DNA from: Candidatus Thorarchaeota archaeon
Lineage (GTDB): Archaea > Asgardarchaeota > Thorarchaeia > Thorarchaeales > Thorarchaeaceae
Length of the DNA stretch: 64,000 nt
Assembly: GCA_029858305.1 (NCBI GenBank)
Contig: JAOUFI010000001.1
Location: forward strand, 64,039 to 128,038
Reading direction: 5' to 3'
Both the position numbers and the translations under genes were made by a program. Positions 50,961 through 60,300 of this stretch are shown here, piece after piece. Under the pieces are notes generated by a model, which was not told the origin of the DNA, searched no databases, and saw only the letters and a list, made by a program, of their open reading frames with translations. Position 1 is the first letter of the stretch. Each line of letters opens with the position of its first letter.

Positions 50961-51122
50961 CTATGACAGTGACAACTTGGATTGATTCGTTGCGTGCCTT
51001 GTGATTTCAAGATTGCATGATCTGTGTTCGATACACCACTCTTCACATTTCTTTGCCCATTTTTCTTCTTCATAGAGTAAATGACATTCCTCACATTCGA
51101 AAAGAGTTCCTTTCTTCTTCAT
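50961..51122 (-). CDS. small Cys-rich metal-binding protein (53 aa) MKKKGTLFECEECHLLYEEEKWAKKCEEWCIEHRSCNLEITRHA...
   Basis: Below the track cutoff. The pattern is CxxC...C...C...C. I recall similar small proteins in archaeal and bacterial metal/arsenic-related loci, but cannot name the family. Confidence 0.5.
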   Translation of the reverse strand: MKKKGTLFECEECHLLYEEEKWAKKCEEWCIEHRSCNLEITRHATNQSKLSLS

Positions 51123-51464
51123 GACCTAGCCATCAACAATAACTAATATCACACCTTTGATAGAGCTATAGGTCTAGAAAATAGTTATTTCTAACCTATA
51201 AATGAAAAGAGTTCATAAGACTTATTTTATAGCTATCGATGATATAATTCTTCTAAATCGCATTATAAGGACAAAGAACGATAGACTAATAAGTGAAATT
51301 TCAGATTATTCACTACTAAACAGAGATACAAACTACACACGCTATACGCAGGATTTGATATACATTAGGAAGACGTGTGATTGTAAAGACATACCATCGG
51401 AATAGCTACAAACATCCTACTTGTGTAGTCCTTAACGCTATCGCCGATCTGTGAGGTGAAACAA

Positions 51465-51674
51465 ATGAACAAGAAGAATGAATATAGAGAGAGATTGCCG
51501 ATTGCGAAATGGCCAGAACTAGAGAGAAAGATGGGGATTATAGCTCGAATGACAAGCGATCCTCCGCTCAAAAAGCTCCAAAAAGATACTCCTGAACTAC
51601 CAGAAACAACTGATGTCTTTCTGACATTTTTGAAGAGTCTCACCCAGAGTGAGAAAAAAATCTCACAAGGATGA
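51465..51674 (+). CDS. hypothetical small protein upstream of the KamA-family gene
   Basis: 69-72-aa ORF ending 9 nt before the KamA start. No family recognised. Confidence 0.3.
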   Translation: MNKKNEYRERLPIAKWPELERKMGIIARMTSDPPLKKLQKDTPELPETTDVFLTFLKSLTQSEKKISQG

Positions 51675-51683
51675 TGTGTTCCA

Positions 51684-52784
51684 ATGAGTTGGAAAAAACA
51701 ACTCGAAGAGGATGTTTCAAAAATTGATGAGTTGGTATCAGTCATAGATGTGAATGAAAATGAGAGAGAAATATTGGAGGATATTTGTAGCACGCATCCA
51801 TTAAGAATTTCAAGATACTATCTTTCATTGATTGATAAGAATGATAAGAGTGATCCCATCAGAAGAATTGCAATCCCTATTGTTCATGAACGTTACTTGG
51901 AGGGAAGTTATGATACAAGTGGGGAACACACAAACACCGTATTTCAAGGATTACAACACAAGTATCAACAAACTGCTGTCATTTTAGCGACAAATGAATG
52001 CGCAATGTATTGCAGGCATTGTTTTCGAAAGCGTCTAGTGGGTATAGATACAGATGAGACTTTACAGGATCTGTCCCGAGCTGTTAAGTACATAAAAAGC
52101 CACAAGGAGATCAATAATGTCCTGGTCACTGGAGGAGATCCATTAGTTCTCCCTAATGATAGAATAGAGACCTTTCTAAAAGCATTTTCAGAGATTGAAC
52201 ATCTGGATTTCATTCGATTTGGAACAAGAGTTCCAGTTACCTTTCCTCAGAGGATAACAGAAGATAGAGAACTCCTTAGAATATTGAGAGACTATTCTGA
52301 TAGAAAACAGATCTATTTTGTAACGCAATATAATCATCCAAAAGAAATTACTGAAGAATCAACTGAAGCAATTAAATGCATTTTAAGAACAGGAATAACA
52401 ATCAGTAATCAGACGGTTCTTCTAAAGGGTGTTAATGACAATCCAGATGTAATGGCTCAACTTCAAAGAAGCCTCGTTGAAATTGGTGTGGTTCCATACT
52501 ATATATTTCAATGTAGGCCTGTGAAAAGAGTGAAGAAACATTTTCAAGTTCGCTTATATGAAGGCTGCAAAATAATACGGAAAACAAGGAATAAGCTTGA
52601 TGGACATAGTAAGAGATTCCGATTTATCATGTCACATCCAACTGGCAAGATAGAGATTCTTGGGATTCAAAACGAACATTTTCTCTTCAAATACCATCAA
52701 GCGAAGGATTCAAAGAATCTTGGAAAAATCTTTTCAAGAAGAGTTAGTAAGACTGCAACTTGGTTGGATGAACTGGAAGAATAA
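51684..52784 (+). CDS. KamA-family radical SAM aminomutase (lysine 2,3-aminomutase-like)
   Basis: Radical SAM cluster CAMYCRHCFRKR. KamA N-terminal block HPLRISRYYLSLI...DPIRRIAIP, plus VTGGDPL and NQTVLLKGVND. Confidence 0.88.
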   Translation: MSWKKQLEEDVSKIDELVSVIDVNENEREILEDICSTHPLRISRYYLSLIDKNDKSDPIRRIAIPIVHERYLEGSYDTSGEHTNTVFQGLQHKYQQTAVILATNECAMYCRHCFRKRLVGIDTDETLQDLSRAVKYIKSHKEINNVLVTGGDPLVLPNDRIETFLKAFSEIEHLDFIRFGTRVPVTFPQRITEDRELLRILRDYSDRKQIYFVTQYNHPKEITEESTEAIKCILRTGITISNQTVLLKGVNDNPDVMAQLQRSLVEIGVVPYYIFQCRPVKRVKKHFQVRLYEGCKIIRKTRNKLDGHSKRFRFIMSHPTGKIEILGIQNEHFLFKYHQAKDSKNLGKIFSRRVSKTATWLDELEE

Positions 52785-53053
52785 TTGTATTTCAAACATG
52801 TTGTTTGATTGCTTTATGAGGGGGCGATTGACGATATCTTTGATTCCAAAAGTGTTGATACTACCGTACCGACTACTGGTGCGTAAATCTTGTATCCTTA
52901 TTGGTCTCAATTGACAACTCGTTGCTTAATTTTAACGTATATTGGATATTCAACTAAATCTAATGAGCTGGGGATTCTTTCAGCGAAACCGAATTTATTT
53001 GACACATTCTCAATGCTTAAGACTGCAAGACAAGACTCGAATATGACCCAAAA

Positions 53054-53863
53054 ATGAGCGCCCGCAATACAAAATTTAACGAAATCAGAAATCTGTTTAG
53101 TGGAAAAAAAGTTCTTGTTGCGTTCAGCGGAGGGGTAGATAGTACGGTGCTTGCACACATTGCAAAGGAAAGTGCAGTGAAATCCAAATTGCTGACTATC
53201 GACAGCATTACCTTTCCTCGGACAGAATTGCAGGCTGCTGAAAATGTGGCGGATGAACTGGGTATTGAGTTAGAGATCATTCAAGTGGATGAACTCGCAA
53301 ACAGAGACCTTGTTAAGAATCCCGTGGACCGATGCTATCACTGCAAGAAAGAGCTGTCCTCTGTTTGGCTGAAAAAAGCGCAAGAACTCAATATGGACAT
53401 GGTTGTAGAGGGTACAAATGCTAGTGAGATGGATGGGCACCGACCTGGAATAAAGGCTCTTGAGGAGGCGGGAGTCATATCACCATTCCGAGATGCAGGC
53501 ATAACAAAAGATGAGATTCGAGCCTATGCAAGAGAGGCAGGACTCTCAGTTGCTGATAGACCTTCTATGGCGTGTCTCTCTAGTAGATTTCCATATGGTA
53601 CTGAGATTACAGAGGATCGTGTTCGGAAAATCGATAGAGTAGAGAAAGAAGTCAAAGAACTCTTTGGCATCCAGTGTGTTCGTGCAAGATTCCATGGAGA
53701 TTTAGTAAGGATTGAGGTAGGTAGAGAAGAGAGAAAGAAGCTATTTGATGAATGCAAACTTGACGATTTGCAGAATCTAGCAAAGGCTGCTGGCTTCAAG
53801 TATGTTACTATTGATGCTTTTGGATACCGAACAGGTGCCATGAACGAAGGTTTAGAGCTCTAG
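53054..53863 (+). CDS. PP-loop ATP pyrophosphatase, LarE-like sulfur transferase family
   Basis: SGGVDS PP-loop (VLVAFSGGVDSTVLA), CYHCK, and ACLSSRFPYG near the C-terminal third. Confidence 0.85.
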   Translation: MSARNTKFNEIRNLFSGKKVLVAFSGGVDSTVLAHIAKESAVKSKLLTIDSITFPRTELQAAENVADELGIELEIIQVDELANRDLVKNPVDRCYHCKKELSSVWLKKAQELNMDMVVEGTNASEMDGHRPGIKALEEAGVISPFRDAGITKDEIRAYAREAGLSVADRPSMACLSSRFPYGTEITEDRVRKIDRVEKEVKELFGIQCVRARFHGDLVRIEVGREERKKLFDECKLDDLQNLAKAAGFKYVTIDAFGYRTGAMNEGLEL

Positions 53864-53902
53864 GCACGATGGGCTCAGCAATATTAGACACTTTGACTTT
53901 TG

Positions 53903-53926
53903 TTGCATGATTTTGTCTTCATGCAA
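53903..53926 (+). terminator. 8-bp hairpin downstream of the LarE-like gene
   Basis: TTGCATGA (53903-53910) pairs with TCATGCAA (53919-53926). The loop is T-rich. Confidence 0.35.
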
Positions 53927-54114
53927 TCTAGTAATTGAGACGGGAGCAACCAGTTATGCAACTTTCTGTACAGAGCTCTAATCAATTGCTGTTACGGTTG
54001 AGGTTATAATTTTGCTCAGACACTGTAGAGGTCACTGGTAATTAAATCTCGTTGATACTGATTGGTTGTACAAAGACGATCTGTATAACAGATAACAATA
54101 AGGATTGATTTCAC

Positions 54115-55563
54115 ATGCTTCGTCGAACTCTGCTGGTTCTTGTTCTAGTCTTGCTTGTTATATCACCAGCCTTACAATCTAGTGAGAAGTATATTAACAG
54201 CATTAGAATGGAAAGTGTAGCACTCCAAGATTCCTCCATAGAAACCATACCCGAGGTAAGTGGTTTTTCTTCGAATGTACTTCTGTCAACTGATGATTCC
54301 TCATACCCACACCATGTAGAGGTATCTATGACTATTAGTGATAATGGTACGCTCTTCGCAGGGTGGAAGGAATCAAATACACATAATGGACCTGGTATTC
54401 GTGTTAGTATAATAAAGTCCGTTGATGGCGGGATTACATGGACTAGTCCTTACAGTATGCCCATGTTTACAAGTGGAACAACAGGACAGTCCGATCCGTG
54501 GTTAGCTTGGTATGATGGGACTGTCTATTATACCTACTTGGAGTACTCGATAGCTGGTCCTTCGCTTTCTCAGATAACAGTTGCGAGGAGTGATAACTAT
54601 GGTGCTTCTTGGACACCTGTCACAGCATCATATGGAGCCTTTTTTGCAGACAAAGAGATGATGGTAATTAGTGATAATGGGACAATATACGTGGTATATG
54701 ATGACACAGACGATGCCACTATTATTGGAAATACTACAATTCGTCTTACTCGGTCTACGGATGGAGGCATAACGTTCCATGAGATATGCAATATTACTGA
54801 ACAAACTCCATGGAAAGGGTTACCATACATGGCTTTGAGTAGTGAGAGTCATCTATATGTTGTATGGCTCTACTTAGAGCCTGAAACATTAAACTGGGGA
54901 AATATCGAACTCTCAAAAAGCCTAGATGGCGGCAGCACATTCCAAGAGAGTCAGTTCATAAACAGTGATGGCAACTACTCTACATCAGCACCAGGCAAGA
55001 TTACTCTCCCCGTTGTACGATTTGATCAGAATGATAGGCTCTACGTTCTTTGGGCGGATGGCTTCGATGGTGGGGAGAATTCTTTTGACGTGTATCTCCG
55101 ATACTCCGATGACTATGGAGATACTTGGAGTGACCGTCTACGAGTAAACCCGACTGTGCAAGGAAATCAATGGAATCCAGAGATGTTCATTGATACTTAC
55201 GGGAAACTGCACATCGTCTATTATGATGAACAGGGAGGTTACTATAGACCTTATTACCGCTCCATAACGTTCGTGGGTGATGAGCACGATAATCCAGTAC
55301 TTGGCAATCCAATTCCTATTGCAGATTTACAAACTTCAAGCTCGTTCACAAGACCAGGTGAGTACATGTCTATCCAGATGGACTCAAATGGAGTTCTTCA
55401 CATAGTATGGACTGATGGTAGGAATGATGAAATGGATATATTCTATGCTCACGGAATCTACGGAGTTACCATTCCGTTGGAGTCGTCGATTATTCTTGCA
55501 GGAATGACTATAATGGTAATTGCAGGCATTGCATTTTACATACGAAGACGTTATAGAGTGTAG
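54115..55563 (+). CDS. BNR/Asp-box repeat (sialidase-like beta-propeller) surface protein
   Basis: Signal peptide; Asp-boxes SVDGGITWT, SDNYGASWT, STDGGITF, SLDGGSTF and SDDYGDTWS; C-terminal TM plus RRRYRV. Confidence 0.8.
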   Translation: MLRRTLLVLVLVLLVISPALQSSEKYINSIRMESVALQDSSIETIPEVSGFSSNVLLSTDDSSYPHHVEVSMTISDNGTLFAGWKESNTHNGPGIRVSIIKSVDGGITWTSPYSMPMFTSGTTGQSDPWLAWYDGTVYYTYLEYSIAGPSLSQITVARSDNYGASWTPVTASYGAFFADKEMMVISDNGTIYVVYDDTDDATIIGNTTIRLTRSTDGGITFHEICNITEQTPWKGLPYMALSSESHLYVVWLYLEPETLNWGNIELSKSLDGGSTFQESQFINSDGNYSTSAPGKITLPVVRFDQNDRLYVLWADGFDGGENSFDVYLRYSDDYGDTWSDRLRVNPTVQGNQWNPEMFIDTYGKLHIVYYDEQGGYYRPYYRSITFVGDEHDNPVLGNPIPIADLQTSSSFTRPGEYMSIQMDSNGVLHIVWTDGRNDEMDIFYAHGIYGVTIPLESSIILAGMTIMVIAGIAFYIRRRYRV

Positions 55564-55681
55564 CGAAGTATAAGACTTGCCAATTAGCCTCGTTGCTAGA
55601 CCATATGGCATCCATGATGTAGTACTGTATAGTAATAAGCACAGCGAACTGATACTAAGGAAACGAGGGAAATCTTACCTA

Positions 55682-56668
55682 TTAATTTTTGACCACATGG
55701 ATGGTTCCATTCTCCTTGATCAACATAGCTTCATTCCTACTTTCCAGGATTCGAAGAAGATCATGGCTCTCAGCTAGTGCTAAGACTAGTGAACTTACCT
55801 CATAATCTCCATAGACCATTCTTGATATCTCGTAGACTGTCTTTGGATTGTCCGAAAGGGAGTCAGCAGCTATGCGGAGCTTGTCGTCATATTCAGCACG
55901 CAATGTACTAATTCTAGCCTTAATGTCACGTATAGGCTCTCTGTGACCGGGTAATGCAACATAGCTCTCTTTTGATGAGATGCGGTCTAAGGAATCAAAG
56001 TAGGTCAGCATACCTATTTTTTCAGAACTGTCAAATGAGATACTTGGATTTGAACTGATATCACCCAAAATATGATCCCCACTAAAGATAACCTGTTGTT
56101 CGTCGCATACAAAGCATGTTGATCCAGGGGAGTGACCGGGAACCCAAACTGCCGAAATAGACCCAATGCCAGTTTTGAAGGATGCATCATCTTTGAAACT
56201 ATGAGCTTGGGGGACAGATTCTCCAATAGATTTGAAGAGTTCTGTGCGGCCTTCTTGTGCGAGCATCAAAGCTTCATTTCCTGGGACACCAGATGCTGCA
56301 ATCAGCTTAACAATTGAACCCATGTAGAGATCCATATATCTCTCATAATTGACCAGAGCCTCAGCATCCTTCTGATGAATCCACACTTCCGTGGAATTTT
56401 CATGAATATGCTCTCGTTCTCTGACAAATTGTGCTACCAGTCCAATGTGATCAATGTGACCATGTGTCAGGAGTATCTGTTCAATGTCTGACAACTTATA
56501 CGACATGGTATGAAGTTTCTGTCGGATTGCTGCTAGACTCTTAGAGGTCTTTGGACCGGTGTCAATCAGAGTGAGAGGTGAGCCCTCAATTAAGTAGCAG
56601 TTAATGTTACCGACAGGAAACGGAGTGGGTATCTCGATTCTTGAAACTCCATCGATTAGATTTGTCAT
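55682..56668 (-). CDS. MBL-fold metallo-hydrolase
   Basis: H-x-H-x-D-H (THGHIDHIG), GHSPGS, and a C-terminal helical extension. Confidence 0.8.
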   Translation of the reverse strand: MTNLIDGVSRIEIPTPFPVGNINCYLIEGSPLTLIDTGPKTSKSLAAIRQKLHTMSYKLSDIEQILLTHGHIDHIGLVAQFVREREHIHENSTEVWIHQKDAEALVNYERYMDLYMGSIVKLIAASGVPGNEALMLAQEGRTELFKSIGESVPQAHSFKDDASFKTGIGSISAVWVPGHSPGSTCFVCDEQQVIFSGDHILGDISSNPSISFDSSEKIGMLTYFDSLDRISSKESYVALPGHREPIRDIKARISTLRAEYDDKLRIAADSLSDNPKTVYEISRMVYGDYEVSSLVLALAESHDLLRILESRNEAMLIKENGTIHVVKN

Positions 56669-56857
56669 GAGGGATTAGACCAATTGAAGTATTGCTTGTA
56701 TTGGCAATATAAAGAAGGTTGTTCAGACTGACGAATAAACCTTCAAGCCTTTGTACAAGAGAACAATGCCAATGAATAGGGCAATTGCATTAATAGCGAT
56801 TTCAATAAGCCCTAATATCAGTCCGCGGGTTTCTGTTTCTTCACTTCATATTTGGAT

Positions 56858-58465
56858 CTAGATGGGCATCTTTCCTTCCAGCATTGTCGCACGTGAAAAA
56901 ATACGCGAAAAGTCATCATATTGTGCCAACTCTATGTACCTGACCCTCTCAACTACGCTCTCAATCAGAGCCCTATCTTTTAGAGATAGAAGCATTCTTT
57001 TAGCTCCGTCTCCAGCAGCGTTTCCAACAGGAATGACCTTCTCTATGTCAACCGGAGGTAAAAGGCCTATGGCTAGAGCATTTTTCGGATTAATGTAATT
57101 TCCAAATGCGCCTGCCAGCAGAAGTATATCGATATCCATGATATCTATCCCGGTAGATTTCATTAGAATACTTGCTCCTGCAAGAATTGCTCCTTTTGCT
57201 AGTTGCACTTGCCGGATGTCATTCTGGGTGAAAACTAGTAACTGCTGAGATTTATGTTCACCAGGTTTTGCGATAGTGTATGCCTTTTCTCCTTCAAGAG
57301 TTATTACTCTACTCGATTCCAAGAGTTTCCCATTCGAACTAATGATACTCGAAGCTTTCAGCTCTGCGACAAGATCAACGATACCTGAACCACAGATTCC
57401 TTTCGGTGGGGTGTTTCCTATAACGAAAATTTGGGGTGCCTGATCAGGGTCGATAATTGATAGATACTCGATAGCGCCTTCCTGCCCTCTCATACCATGT
57501 CGTATCATTGCACCTTCAAAGGCGGATCCTGCGGCAGCCGAGCAACAGAATAATTCTCCTTGTTTTGATAGCACTATCTCACCATTTGTGCCGATATCGA
57601 TTCCAAGCACAATCTTATCAGTAGTATCTAGCCGTTGTGATAAGATGAAGGCAGCTGTATCTCCTCCTACAAATCCTGCAATATTTGGAGCCAAGTATAC
57701 ATTAGCTTCCTTTATTTTGGTAAATCCTAGATCTTTGCCACTCTTGTTTAGAGCCTTTTTGACGACCGGTTCATATGGTGCGATTCCTAAGGATTTAGTA
57801 TCTAGTCCAAGAAGTAGATGATGCATCGCCGGATTTCCTACTATGGTCAATCTGACAATGTCTTGGAGATTCACTTGGTTTGATGATGCCAATTCAGTGA
57901 TGATTTCTTCAATTTTAAGGAGAACCGCATCTTTGAGTACATCAGGTCCATCATCCTCAACAACAGCGTATGTGATACGTGACATGACATCTTCGCCATA
58001 CATGATTTGAGGGTTCAGGCTTGCAGCATGGCCAATTTGAATGCCCGTTTCCAAATCTAAAAGATAGGCTACAATCGTTGTTGTGCCCAAATCGATTGCT
58101 ATACCTTTTTTATTCTCAAGACCTTTATCAAAGTCCAATTTCGTAGGAATTGCAATTCCATCTATGAGAATTTTGACTTGAGCTGCAGTTCCCATAATCG
58201 CGACACGCAAGTCGTTCTGAACCTTGTGCTGGCAGGCTAATCGTACTCCTCTCTTAATGTCTGACTCAGAGATGTGCATGTAATCAATTTTAGAAGGCAT
58301 TGGTGGAGGTTTCATCAAGACTTTGCATTTTCCACAAGTACCATATCCTCCACACTCTGAGAGAATATGCAAGCCCAATCCACGTGCAGCATTCAAAACT
58401 GTCGTTGTTTCATCTACATCAATTTTGATTCCTGAGGGTTCAAATGTCACAATTTTCCTAGCCAC
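56858..58465 (-). CDS. corrinoid activation/regeneration ATPase (RACo-like: plant-type 2Fe-2S ferredoxin domain plus ASKHA domain)
   Basis: N-terminal ECGGYGTCGKCKV...C ferredoxin motif. ASKHA phosphate loops GIAIDLGTTT and LGIDIGTNGE. 535 aa. Confidence 0.8.
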   Translation of the reverse strand: MARKIVTFEPSGIKIDVDETTTVLNAARGLGLHILSECGGYGTCGKCKVLMKPPPMPSKIDYMHISESDIKRGVRLACQHKVQNDLRVAIMGTAAQVKILIDGIAIPTKLDFDKGLENKKGIAIDLGTTTIVAYLLDLETGIQIGHAASLNPQIMYGEDVMSRITYAVVEDDGPDVLKDAVLLKIEEIITELASSNQVNLQDIVRLTIVGNPAMHHLLLGLDTKSLGIAPYEPVVKKALNKSGKDLGFTKIKEANVYLAPNIAGFVGGDTAAFILSQRLDTTDKIVLGIDIGTNGEIVLSKQGELFCCSAAAGSAFEGAMIRHGMRGQEGAIEYLSIIDPDQAPQIFVIGNTPPKGICGSGIVDLVAELKASSIISSNGKLLESSRVITLEGEKAYTIAKPGEHKSQQLLVFTQNDIRQVQLAKGAILAGASILMKSTGIDIMDIDILLLAGAFGNYINPKNALAIGLLPPVDIEKVIPVGNAAGDGAKRMLLSLKDRALIESVVERVRYIELAQYDDFSRIFSRATMLEGKMPI

Positions 58466-58769
58466 AAGGTTTCCCTACCTAATCAAGTATCTTGGATGTG
58501 GTTGATTGGGTTTGGTCTGCACTTCTATAAAACCATAAGATACCATAGCATCAAATAAAGCAACTGCTAGAGAGAATAACCTCTATGAAGTAAAGATGTT
58601 ACAAATGTTCAAGTCATAGGTAGGAGATGCAGTCAGTCATAGAGCGTCCTTTGTGACACCAGCTCTATGCTAAGCTTATTCATAATCCGTGTTCATCTTC
58701 CTCATATCAATTAATATCAGGCCTGTTTTGATTTATATATTATAAAAAGAACAAGTTCGAATTTTGTTT

Positions 58770-59066
58770 CTACTTGGCCATCATCTTAGCAGCAAGAGCA
58801 TGAATGTCTTCGAGCATTCTACGAATTCGAGGGTCGCTGAGACTATATAGTTTCCTAGTGCCATCGCGTCTTACATTCAAAATTCCAGATCGTACAAGCT
58901 GTGTAAGATACGCTGAAACTGTGGATTGAGATAAACCAATTTGCGGGAAGATGTCACACTGACATTGCTCACCGTCTGCGAGGAAATCGACTATCTTTAA
59001 GCGCTCTGGATTGCTCAAGGCTTTATGGAAATACACTCGCCATTCGGTTTCTTTATCAGTACTCAT
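58770..59066 (-). CDS. arsR: ArsR/SmtB-family metalloregulator
   Basis: 98 aa. NPERLKIVDFLADGEQCQCDIFPQIGLSQSTVSAYLTQLVRSGIL has the metal-site CxC ahead of the recognition helix. Confidence 0.85.
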   Translation of the reverse strand: MSTDKETEWRVYFHKALSNPERLKIVDFLADGEQCQCDIFPQIGLSQSTVSAYLTQLVRSGILNVRRDGTRKLYSLSDPRIRRMLEDIHALAAKMMAK

Positions 59067-59225
59067 AACAACACATCACTTTGGCATCTCTCTGTTTTGG
59101 TATGACAAGTATACACGCGAATTGCCCACCAAAACTGGACTCTCAAATATCCGCACTATATATCTCGATAAATCAATCTTTCTATTTCACTCTTTGAATG
59201 ATTGGATTGACATTGTACAAACCAA

Positions 59226-59519
59226 TCAAGCAACCTTTATGCCTAGTTTCTCAATCTCTCTGACAATAGCTGCTTCAATCGCAGCTGTGGAAGGATTAGC
59301 TCCTAGAGAGTGGGAGCCGACAACCACACCGCGATAGCCAACACGGAATTGCTTGGCTTGCTCACTCTCTGCTGAGTATTCTCTGTAATCCACTAATTCT
59401 CTGTATTTCTTTACAGCGTCATAGATTCTGCCAAGGAACCCTGTTTGGCTGCAACCACATACTCCTACAGGCATGAACACCATTACTGGAATCAAATCAG
59501 ACATACACTTCACCCCCAT
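59226..59519 (-). CDS. small thioredoxin-fold-like Cys protein, possibly ArsD-like
   Basis: VMVFMPVGVCGCSQTGF near the N-terminus recalls the ArsD MVFDPAMCCSTGVCG start. Similarity judged by eye only. Confidence 0.4.
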   Translation of the reverse strand: MGVKCMSDLIPVMVFMPVGVCGCSQTGFLGRIYDAVKKYRELVDYREYSAESEQAKQFRVGYRGVVVGSHSLGANPSTAAIEAAIVREIEKLGIKVA

Positions 59520-59914
59520 TCATCTCTTAATCGATCAATATGCCTTGCTATATCTTGAGCAATTTCGTTTACAATAATGTCACTATCATTGATCCTCCAT
59601 CTCTCATCTTGGCTTTCACTATATTTTCCCAAGTAGTCTTCTAGATTCATCTCCACAGCTGGTTCACTGCTGTACCTAGTAGTACCCTTCCCTGCACAGA
59701 GTTTACTGCATCCATCAATTGTGATTGTCGGGAATTTTCTCGCAAACTCTCTCTCAGCTTCATCCCCAGCCAAGAAGAGAGGGAGGCATATTGTCACTGT
59801 TTCGTTTGGTTTCAAATGATGCAATACTTCAAGTGTGGCAGCACGCGATATGTTCCCTCCCGAACATGCTTCACCGCTACAAGAGATTAGACCGACCTTT
59901 GGTTTGAATGTCAT
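59510..59914 (-). CDS. DGC-domain (putative zinc/thiol) protein
   Basis: GLISCSGEAC..., TICLPLFLAGD and TIDGCSKLCA (the name-giving DGC motif). Confidence 0.7.
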   Translation of the reverse strand: MTFKPKVGLISCSGEACSGGNISRAATLEVLHHLKPNETVTICLPLFLAGDEAEREFARKFPTITIDGCSKLCAGKGTTRYSSEPAVEMNLEDYLGKYSESQDERWRINDSDIIVNEIAQDIARHIDRLRDEWG

Positions 59915-60297
59915 TTTGTAGAACCTCCATGTTTGAGGATTAAATTCACAATATCATCAGCAAGAAGCCTACCACCACTTCCGATGTCAAGAACGGTCTC
60001 GGGTTTGTGTTCTTTGTTCTCTGCAAGAACCTTAGGTGTCATAATCTCCATGGCTGGCGTTCCTCCAACATGTTTCACAAGTACTGAGGCACATTTCTTT
60101 GGACATCCATCGATGGTATAGACATCAGACTCCATCACAATTCGCTTGGACTCTTTGTCATCGGTCATCAACAGTGGAAGACAGATGGTTGTGAACATAT
60201 CATTGTACTCACCATCTGATAATAGATAGGTGGCTTCCCTTGCTACCGCACCAAAGGCCTTTCCTATTCCACTACACGGAATTACAACTTTCTTCAC
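59911..60297 (-). CDS. DGC-domain protein, second paralogue
   Basis: VVIPCSGIGK, TICLPLLMTDD and TIDGCPKKCA. 4-nt overlap with the next gene. Confidence 0.7.
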   Translation of the reverse strand: MKKVVIPCSGIGKAFGAVAREATYLLSDGEYNDMFTTICLPLLMTDDKESKRIVMESDVYTIDGCPKKCASVLVKHVGGTPAMEIMTPKVLAENKEHKPETVLDIGSGGRLLADDIVNLILKHGGSTK

Positions 60298-60300
60298 GTT

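Noticed and set aside
51365-51793. 142-aa minus-strand ORF
   Set aside because: It is Ser/Phe-rich and low in complexity. It is antisense to the KamA-family gene start and its upstream small ORF.
56700-56857. Possible small TM peptide on the minus strand (…RGLILGLIEIAINAIALFIGIVLLYKGLKVYSSV)
   Set aside because: The hydrophobic frame has no in-frame ATG, GTG or TTG start downstream of the preceding stop.
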